NCBI RefSeq assembly: GCF_006345805.1
Contig: NC_042997.1
Location: 197,098,001 to 197,162,000 of the forward strand
Source: Octopus sinensis
Lineage: Eukaryota
Length of the DNA: 64,000 nt
Direction: 5' to 3'
Position numbers and translations under genes: made by a program. Each line of letters begins with the position of its first letter. The stretch's first letter is position 1. Positions 54,713-64,000 of the stretch are shown here, piece by piece. The notes beneath the pieces are model-generated. The model saw only the letters and a program-made list of their open reading frames with translations, ran no database searches and was not told the DNA's origin.

Positions 54713-55015
54713 AATCAGTCGTTTCTGCAATGGAACTCATGAGTTACACATTGGCTTTGAAGATTAATAAACAGGATGAAACGATAAAACGGTATTTCAC
54801 TTCCTTGATAATTTTACGCAAGATCAAAATGGGTCCTTTTTCTAAATACCCTCCCTGTTATGATAACCTAAACACTTCCCACTACGCATATAATCAAGGA
54901 AATTTAAAATCTGGCCTTGTTTTCGTTATCTACATTACAAAAATGAAGTTTTTTTTTATCTTTGTTAGAAAGCAGCTTCCTCAGAGGAAGAACTTAACTA
55001 ATTAAAAATAGAAGA

Positions 55016-55051
<36 letters not shown>

Positions 55052-55467
55052 ACATACATACAGACAGACAGACAGACATATATATAGATATACACACATA
55101 AATGCATACGAATATACCCCAAAATCTCTTCATTGCCTTGGTCAACAAGAGAGTGCAACTGAAGGCAGTTTCCCTGGTGACACTCCGAGATATCGAAACA
55201 GGATCCAAACTACACAGTTACATCGACAACGATGTTATTTCGTATTTAGAGATAAAAAACAGTCATTCCCAGTTATACTACAAAATGTGGGAATAGAAGC
55301 ATAGCTTAAACTCTAGACTACACTCTGTAGACCAGTCGTTTTTGCAATGGAACTCATAAGTTACACATTGGCTTTGAAGATTAATAAAACTGATGAAAAG
55401 ATAAAATGGTATTTCCCTTTCTTGATGATTTTACGCAAGATCAAAATGGGTCCTTTTTATAAATACC
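54704..55467 (+). repeat. 147-bp direct repeat pair
   Basis: 54704-54850 and 55321-55467 are highly similar (CACTCTGTA...GCAATGGAACTCAT.AGTTACACATTGGCTTTGAAGATTAATAAA...TTTTACGCAAGATCAAAATGGGTCCTTTTT.TAAATACC). Confidence 0.9.
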
Positions 55468-56454
55468 ATCGAGAAACAGTACTGTAGTCAGTGTGATTAA
55501 ATTTAGCATTGTCTCCTTGGTCAGTTGTAGACTTATTTATATTCTTACCGAAATAAGATTAATATCTAATTGCATGGATAATTTAAAGTTGAACTCCATT
55601 ATAGGTTCTCCGCTGTAATTGAGAATTATATGACATTTCTTTCTAATGTCAGCAATGAAACATAGAAATGGCGATATAAAACCTTCCACGTTATTGACAT
55701 TGAGTTTCGAGAAAGAATATCTCTCTTTAACACTTCACGCTAAGAACATAAGAGGTCTTGTATTCTTTGATTTTCCCCAAACATATTCCCAACCGAAATC
55801 AGAATAATACATTGGTTATAAAACTTTCCTGTACTTTTAACCATTCCCTGATTATTAGTGTTGTTCCTTTGAAGATGTGACTAACCTGTCTCTTGATTTC
55901 GAATGATTTAGTCAGAATCCACTTCTTTCTATGTTTTTGTATATATAATGAACTTGCAATTGTAGATTTTACATACATCCCTACCTCATTACAAAAGGTT
56001 GTAATTGGTAGTATGTTCTCGTGTGAGCTTAAAATGGCTTAATTACGAACAATTTCACGATCTGTTTGCAGCCATATATCTTCCTTTGTTCGCATGATAA
56101 AAAGAATACCCAGAACCCTGCAATTTGCTCGATATCATTCATGCTCTGTTGGAAAGCAATAAGCAACTATAAAACAACAGAGGTATACAATACTCCGCAG
56201 TAAATGTCAAACCTGAATATAAAAATAATATCGTTCAGTCATCTGAACGTAACATTTTAATAAACTTTTTATAGATACACACTTTTTTCTTTAGAAATCT
56301 CAAATGGCCATCGCAATATTTAATTATCGTTAAAATAGTCAAAGCCTTCATTATCTTCACCATCAGACGTTTTATTCATAAACCCCGTTTACCTTTTTAC
56401 AATAATGCTGCAGTTCAATAACACACACACACACAGACACGTATTTTTTATACT

Positions 56455-56486
<32 letters not shown>

Positions 56487-56593
56487 ATATATACGTATTT
56501 ATATTTTTATACTTATATGTATACACACAATTATATATATATACGCATACACACACGTATATAATAGATATATATATATATAGATACACGCAC

Positions 56594-56630
<37 letters not shown>

Positions 56631-56936
56631 CACCCACGTATATAATATATATATATATACATACACACACGTATATAAAATATATATACATCACACACGT
56701 ATATAAAATATATATATACATACACACACGTATATATAATATATATATATGCATACACACACGTTATATAAAATATATATATATGCATACACACATATAT
56801 ATATATATACATACATACACACAATATATATATATACATACACACACACACACACATATATATATACATACATACACACATATATATACATACATACATA
56901 TATATATACATACATACACATATATATAATATATAT

Positions 56937-57025
<89 letters not shown>

Positions 57026-58659
57026 CCAACAAACACCACCTAATGATTCACCCTGTTGTATATTCCCATCGTTAATCAATTATTTTTTTTCCATTTTATG
57101 GTTTTATTTTTTCACCATTAAAAGTATTCTGTTGGAAAGTTCCAGCTAACCTCCATTTCGTTGACAGTAAATCTTAATTGATGCCTGTTGACAATAGGTA
57201 TAGTTACTGCCTCCTTCCCTATTGATATTTATAATTGCAATTTCACAACAATGGGACACTGTTCTGGAAACGTCTTCATTCAACGCACATCTGTTTTTTA
57301 AGGTGTGATTTTATGACGCAAGCTGATGACATCTTAGTACTACCTCCATTTACAAGTTGACAGCTACGATCGATATCTATGTACTACGTGTAACAATAAT
57401 AGTTAAGTAAGTCTATTTAATTATAGTTTACAAGCAGAAGGATGTGAATAAACGAATACGATTGGAAGAAAACTGTGTTTCTCCATTTTCAATATCAGGT
57501 TTCGCATTCATTCGGCGTACTGCATTGCTTGTCGCTCCAACATGTTTTCTCTTCAACTCACTGTAGAAATCGGTTATGATACTTGGATCTAATCACTACC
57601 GATATCAACTGCTCTGTGACTTAATAATCGATTTATGCTATAGGTACAGATTATATGATTGAAACTACTAAGTCGATATTCAATCCGCTTGGCTCGTTCA
57701 TGACGTTCGCTGTTGATTTAAATATCGGATATGAATTTCCGGTTGAAAATATACGACTTTCTCTTCAGCAAAAATTCTCGTCATACAATATACTCCCAGT
57801 ATTAAAAAAAAAACCTGCTATATACATTCCCTTACTTTCTAAGGTTGCACAAGTTTATGCCGTTTATATTTGTACCATCGTAAGAACGAGATGGAAAATA
57901 CTGAGCCAAAGTAGCGTGGAAACCAGCTGAGAGAGTATTCTACCTGTGGTTAATGAGAACATTTTGAAGTTTAGCTTATGTTGAAAAAAAGGATATGTGT
58001 ACATATACACACAATACGCACACATTTGCACATATTCATGCACACACAGACTCACTCACGCACACATACTTATATACTATATTCATTTATGTATAGACAG
58101 AGGCTCACGGTGTAAGTATGCACAAAACATACACACGTACACATCTGTCTATCTATCTATCTATCTATCTATCTAATTGTCTCTCTAGCAATCCTCTCCC
58201 TCTATTTATCTATCCCTCTCTCGCCCTCTCTCTCTATATATGTATATATGTATATACAGAGAGAGAGAGAGAGAGAGAGAGGGGGAGAGAGAGGGAGAGA
58301 GGGAGAAAACGATGAATAGCTAGATACAAAGGGAAGATGGATGGAAAGAGGGGTGTAGTTGGAAAGAGGATGAAAGGCGAAGAAAGTGGAAGTAAGTGAG
58401 ATAGGGGAAATTAATTTGACATTTTAATTTTCATATAAGTGATACGTTCGATTCTAATTTTAATTTCTTTGGTCGTGTTTTGGTGGTGGTGGTGGTGGTG
58501 GTGTGGGGGGTGATTGTCCCAAGTTGTTTATATAGTTCAATATACTTAAGCAAATGAAATGCGGTCGACAATACATGTGACCGAAGAGTACACGTGAACT
58601 TATATTCTCACTGAAACTCCGAGACGAACCTTTCACCTCAACAGCGAAAGACGATTACA

Positions 58660-58856
58660 GCGATGGCGTCTGCGCCATAATACACAAAAGGGTCATATTG
58701 GGTTGCAGGCAGAAGCATAACTTAACCTGCTGCTGGAACACGCTCGACAGCGGCCGGTCGGCCGGCTGCCGGGTCAGCATACGTGAGGAGCGTAGTGGTC
58801 TCATTGGTCGGAGCCAGTTTAACCTATCCCACGATGAACACCGCCAGCCGTCACAT
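58660..58856. promoter_or_regulatory. CpG/GC-rich island with CCAAT boxes: candidate promoter or first non-coding exon
   Basis: Sharp local GC/CpG enrichment that is unique within the window, ATTGG at 58697 and 58803, near-palindrome CAGCGGCCGGTCGGCCGGCTG and a possible minus-strand donor CAG|GTTAAG at about 58727. Confidence 0.4.
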
Positions 58857-59293
58857 GCTTATGTACATTCCTTTATGTACACTGATGTGTTCTGCTTTTT
58901 ATATTTAACCCTACAGTCTCTTATGTGGTGGTTTAATAAAGTATGTGATTGAGTATTATCTGGTAATTGATATTTGGTTTAGATGTATTTCTCCATTTTC
59001 TTATCTTGTATTAGTAATTTGTGGTAAATCATTTTACCTTTGCCCATATAATACCGTAAATGAATTGATTGCATCGCAATCATTAACATTTATGTATTAA
59101 CTTTGTTGGGTACTTCACTAGCAGCATATTGGATATACGTTATCCCATAGAAGGTTGCATTTACAACCCCTGTCTCAATTTGTATATATATATATATATA
59201 TATATATAATTATCACCGTAGAAGGTTTTTTAATATGCTAGCCATTAATAAAATTTTGTGAGAAAAATTAAGTATGTGTATATATATATATAT

Positions 59294-59348
<55 letters not shown>

Positions 59349-61034
59349 AAGAGATTGAGAGATAGATAGAGAGATATAGATATATAAATTTATAGCAAAC
59401 CTAACTCCGTTATACACTAATATAATCCTCCTACTATTCTCATCTTGTTTTACCGTCACATCATGTAGGCGGTTGCAGATTCCCGCCTCGTTCTACTGCC
59501 TGACATATTCAGCCTCATTCTCAAGATAAAGAATTGAATCCTTACTAAAATCACGGGGGTTAGATAATTCTCTTTCCCTTTTTACATTGACATTTATGTG
59601 ATACACGATCCCTACTGATCGGCCCCACTTTCTTTTTCTTTTCACGATCCCATTTTGATCGGAATTCGCATCCCCTTTTTCCCTTTCTCTTCTTCCCCCC
59701 AAAAAAGCTCTACTTTGTATTTTGTCCCTTCTGTGTTTAGCCCTACGTGGCCAATAAAGAAATCTATGCAGGTAAACTCGTACCTGCCTCACTCCTGTAT
59801 ATCACTTCTGCAACAGTTTTACATATTTGTTCTACATAAAATAACCCTAAACGTTTACATGAAAGAAATACAAGTCTCTTCAAAATAACAGTACATTTTC
59901 TCATCAAAACACCACGTCAGATTTCCCTACGATTTACATTACTTACAAATGAAATATATATATATAGTGTACACTATCTATAATATACACCCGCAGTTTC
60001 AAACAAAAAAAAAACTGTGTTACAAAACCAAAAAAACAAAAATCGACACCTGCAATATATCAATTAGGAAGAAAGATTTCTGACAACATCCTGCAGACAG
60101 AAACGGTAGTAGCTGCTGGGAGACTTACTCTTGTGTCAGATAGAATCAATATATATTAACTGAGCTCGATGGTTGAAGGCCGCTTAATTCATCGACAGTT
60201 CATTTTAGGTTTACATGCAGAGTATCTAATAATCAATCTCTCTGCTGTGTTTATTAGGCAGTTAATTACTAATGTGATTTTTCATTTGAACGCATTTTTT
60301 TTTTTACCATTTGAAGACATGAAAGAGAATAAGACTACTAATAATATTTTATACTTGAATAAAAAAATCTTAATTTTTGAGAAATATTTGAAATTGAGAA
60401 TTGTGACATATATCGCATTTCGAAAGGAATGATTGACGTAAATTGTAAAGGATTCGAATGCCATAGCATTTAGTTGAGAACTGAATACAATTAAGGCCTC
60501 AGTTAACTGAGTACGTAGATGTTTGCTGTTACGAATGTGGAAAAAAAAATCTGGATGTCGTTCTCTAAAAATATGCAATGGTTTCCCATGTGAAAACAAA
60601 TCGATAATTGATATTGAATGTATTGTCGAAACCTTTAGTGTCCGACGAGTAAAGGAAGCATGTATGTCAACACAATTCCCTTCTTCTTTCTTATATATGC
60701 ACACATACAAACATACCAAATTTAACAAAGAAATGAGGAAGAGCCTTAATCGATTTAGGACCGTTTGCGGGGTCTCACCAGCGGCGTGCGGCGTGCACAT
60801 CACTTAAACGATGCCAGATAAACAAATAGCCAATCCATTTATATACTCATCAATTCTAGTATCTATTAAGAACTTAAGCTACTAAATTCTATACTATGAA
60901 TGCTTGATAATATTTAAAAACAGAGGACTGTCAGCGAAGAACCCAATCCACAAAGTATCAAGGTATGATATTAGTAAACCTACGTACATTTACAAACATG
61001 TCGGATTTACTTATTTCTCCGTAGTTTGAAAAAT

Positions 61035-61087
61035 AACGAGCGACTCATTCGATTTTCGACCCTTATTGGGGTTTCATCAGTGCTGTT
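61035..61087 (-). ncRNA. Type I hammerhead ribozyme-like motif with canonical core
   Basis: Minus: AACAGC-a-CTGATGA-a-ACCC-caataa-GGGT-c-GAAA-a-TC-gaat-GA-GTC-GCT-c-GTT. CUGAUGA, GAAA and GUC are all present, with single mismatches at the base of each stem. Confidence 0.65.
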
Positions 61088-61135
61088 TATAAACTTAACG
61101 AATTCCAAAGAAACAAGTGGTGAATCTACTTTATA

Positions 61136-61176
<41 letters not shown>

Positions 61177-61458
61177 CATGTTTAAAATATAACTGTCTTT
61201 TTCCGATATAAATGGAAAGAAAATAAATATGGGAAAATGACTTACCGAGAGGGTAGTGTTAATAGCAGAAACAGTAGTACGTCCACCTTCACTATCTAGT
61301 TTGGTGCCACCGTTTTCCTTTTAAATCACACTCGATTTGACTTCGACTTTCATCCTTCCGAGTCTGTAAAATAAAAGTACCAGTAATTAGAAACAATCAA
61401 GTATTTTCCCTTTCTTACAAAATAGTATTTATCTTATCTGTCGCGCAAGTGAGAACTG

Positions 61459-61875
61459 GGATCTTTTCGGTTTGAACGGCAGTTTTTACTAGCGGTGTCA
61501 TATGAAATTGTAACCCGTAATTATGACCCTAGTATCGATCTATTGCATTTCAATCTGTTTTAGGGTTAGGGTTAGGGGTGGGGGAAGGGTATCTTTTTTC
61601 TTCACAAATGTAAATAAACCCAATCTGTTTCTTAAACGAGGGACATATTCATACGGCACAGAATGTATTTTACCCCAATAGACGTCATTAATTGGTTGAA
61701 ATTGCAGAAATTGAAGAAATAACAACAACAAATATCTTACAAACTATAGAATTTTCTCAATAAAGCCAAGAGAAAAAGATGTTTTATAAACACATTCTAC
61801 CAGTATACGAAGTTTAAAAGTGTTTTGTTACGTGGAAATTATTTAAAAAAACTGCCGTTCAAACCGAAAAGATCC
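61459..61875. mobile_element. Non-autonomous DNA transposon (MITE) with perfect 29-bp TIRs and an 8-bp TSD
   Basis: TIR GGATCTTTTCGGTTTGAACGGCAGTTTTT at both ends; TSD GAGAACTG at 61451-61458 and 61876-61883; internal (TTAGGG)3 at 61560-61577. Confidence 0.95.
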
Positions 61876-62528
61876 GAGAACTGAACTCGAAATGCCGTTA
61901 CTGTGAAGCGAGCTTCCTCACAACATTATTCAAAATTCTATTAACGATGAAACCTTGTATAGAGGAAAGAATTCAAATTTATTTTCACTGTATGTTACAA
62001 ATTAAATCACGGAGGAAGTCAAAAGAAGAATTGATCTTTAATAGGTATTCATCTGACTTACACACGAAAGTGTATGAAGACTCAATAGCTTTGAGATAAA
62101 TGTGCCAAAGTGCCGAATAGATTTGAAGGAAAATGATAGAGAAATGATAAATAAGGAATAAAGGAAACAATGCCAGACGGAAAATCTGCTGTGTAGCAGA
62201 GATATTCTTAAAGCTACTGTCGTTTAACCCGAGGTCAAACGTGATAGACAAAAGCGATTTATGATCAAAACCTGTTCGAAAATAACAGAGTTGTTATTTT
62301 ATTTGGAATAGAATAGGAATGCGACAGTGAAGTTCTTTAAAAGGTAGCAACGCACAAAGAAAGCGAACGACTGTTGAAAGCTGAGCATTTCTATTTAACG
62401 ACGTATTCAGTGCCACCTCGTTCCATGGCGAATTGGAAGGAATGTTAGAATACTAGATGAAAGAATACGACAAGAATGCCGATCTGAGTTGAAATATCTT
62501 TGAGGGTAGATCTGCCTGCGATCTTTTC

Positions 62529-63044
62529 AGAATCTATAAAATATTCTTTTCTACTCTAGGCACAAGGCCCGAAATATTTTGGGGGAGGGCGCCAGTCGAT
62601 TACATCGATCCCAGTACGCAACTGGACTAGAATTTCACAGGTACTTAATTTATTGACCCCGAAAGGATGAAAGGAAAAGTCGACCTCGGTGGAATTTGAA
62701 CACAGAACGTAAAGACAGACGAAATACTGCTAAGCATTTCGCCCGGCGTGTTAACGTTTCTGCCAGCTCGCTCACCTTAGAATTTATAAAATATTCTTTT
62801 GTACTCTAGTTACAAGGCCCGAAATTTTGGTGGAGGGTGCCAGTCGAGCAGATCGACCCCAGTACGCAACTGGTACTTAATTTATCGATCTCGAAAGAAC
62901 GAATAGCAAAGTCAACCTCGTCGAAATTTAAACTCAGAACGTCAAGACACAAAGTATGTTAAGCATTTCGCCCGTTGTGCTAAACCTTCTGCTAGCTCGC
63001 CGCCATAGAATCTATAAATTATTCTTTTCTACTCTAAGCACAAG
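62529..63044 (-). mobile_element. Tandem array of SINE family B (two units plus a third tail stub)
   Basis: Units at 62543-62776 and 62793-63004 and a stub at 63021-63044, each preceded by the spacer AGAAT(C/T)TATAAA. Confidence 0.9.
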
Positions 63045-63300
63045 TATTTCTTCTAGAAGCCAGCCTGGTGATGGAAATTTTGAAGGACAAAGACATTAAG
63101 GTATTAGAGAAGAAGCGTGTTAAGCTGAAGAATGACATCATACACTGAATTACATATCTACATGCGTACATACACGCGCACACATACATTTGTGTGTCTG
63201 TGTGTGCAGCCTGAAATATCGCTTGTGGCGTGAAACACTAAATTGCAACGAAGTGAATCGTAAGTTTTAAACATACACACACACACACATATATATATAT

Positions 63301-63364
63301 ATGCATGCTTATAAACTTAGGATCTTTATATTTGTTTATATGCTTTTATATATATATATATATA

Positions 63365-63410
<46 letters not shown>

Positions 63411-63447
63411 TGCTTATAAACTTAGGATCTTTATATTTGTTTATATG

Positions 63448-63505
<58 letters not shown>

Positions 63506-63546
63506 TGCTTATAAACTTAGGATTTTTATATTTGTTCATATGCTTA
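63301..63546. repeat. Three copies of a 46-bp unit separated by (TA)n
   Basis: ATGCATGCTTATAAACTTAGGAT(C/T)TTTATATTTGTT(T/C)ATATGCTT at 63301, 63406 and 63501. Confidence 0.9.
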
Positions 63547-64000
63547 TATATATATATATATCATATATATATATATATATACTTAGTCATATGCACATAT
63601 CAACACATGCTTTTAGTTGTCGACCTTGAATGCCAAGCGAAAATGTGGTTGATATAAACTAGTCAAGAACATTAAAAAGCTATTAATATGAAAAAAAAAT
63701 GACAAAAAAAACGCTAAAATGAAACCTGTCGTTTTTACAACAATATTTACAAAGTGTTTTCACAAATATATCTTTTTCCTCATCGGCAATTATTTTTCCT
63801 CCTAGGTGTTACCCCGACCCATAACCACGTATTCCTGGCATATTAAATATCGAACTAAACTTCTCGATAATTTAGTCCGCGGATTTATTGATGTTTAAAT
63901 TATCTCTGTTTTTTTTTTGCTTCTTCTCAATACTTTTGTTTCATATCCTCGTTGTTGCTTAAAACAAAAAATATGACATAATATATACATACATATATAT

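Noticed and set aside
58950-58972. miR-12-like seed TGAGTATT
   Set aside because: No complementary arm to form a pre-miRNA hairpin, and poor match beyond the seed.
60282-60803. 173-aa minus-strand ORF
   Set aside because: No recognisable domain, a non-ATG start and AT-rich random-like composition.
61247-61317. Minus-strand open segment ENGGTKLDSEGGRTTVSAINTTLS ending at a GTAAGT donor
   Set aside because: It has no polypyrimidine acceptor, and the upstream sequence is a SINE remnant.
61560-61577. Telomere or chromosome-fusion signal from (TTAGGG)3
   Set aside because: Only three units, located inside a TIR/TSD-bounded transposon.
63301-63546. CRISPR-like repeat-spacer pattern
   Set aside because: The spacers are (TA)n of variable length, the context is eukaryotic and there are no cas genes.

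Overview
Eukaryotic, very AT-rich, microsatellite-saturated non-coding DNA, either intergenic or a giant intron. The repeat families resemble those I recognise from octopus (coleoid cephalopod) genomes; that assignment is an inference. No intact protein-coding gene, rRNA, true tRNA or CRISPR array is supported, and almost all ORFs in the supplied track are microsatellite translations. The window holds: (1) dozens of tRNA-headed SINE copies from at least four modular families; (2) decayed LINE fragments (RTE-type RT, a CR1/L2-type C-terminus, an R4/Dong-like RT and two restriction-like endonuclease C-termini); (3) non-autonomous Helitrons and MITEs, one with perfect 29-bp TIRs and an 8-bp TSD; (4) at least nine hammerhead-ribozyme-like motifs from several sequence-unrelated short elements. 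These motifs sit mostly next to (TA)n tracts and often in fold-back arrangements, three share a CCGANGA core variant, and they are best read as Penelope-like/retrozyme-type non-autonomous elements. Possible host signals are limited to two CpG/CCAAT-rich islands near 58.7 and 60.8 kb and a speculative chain of plus-strand microexons. All coordinates were read by eye and may be off by a few bases.
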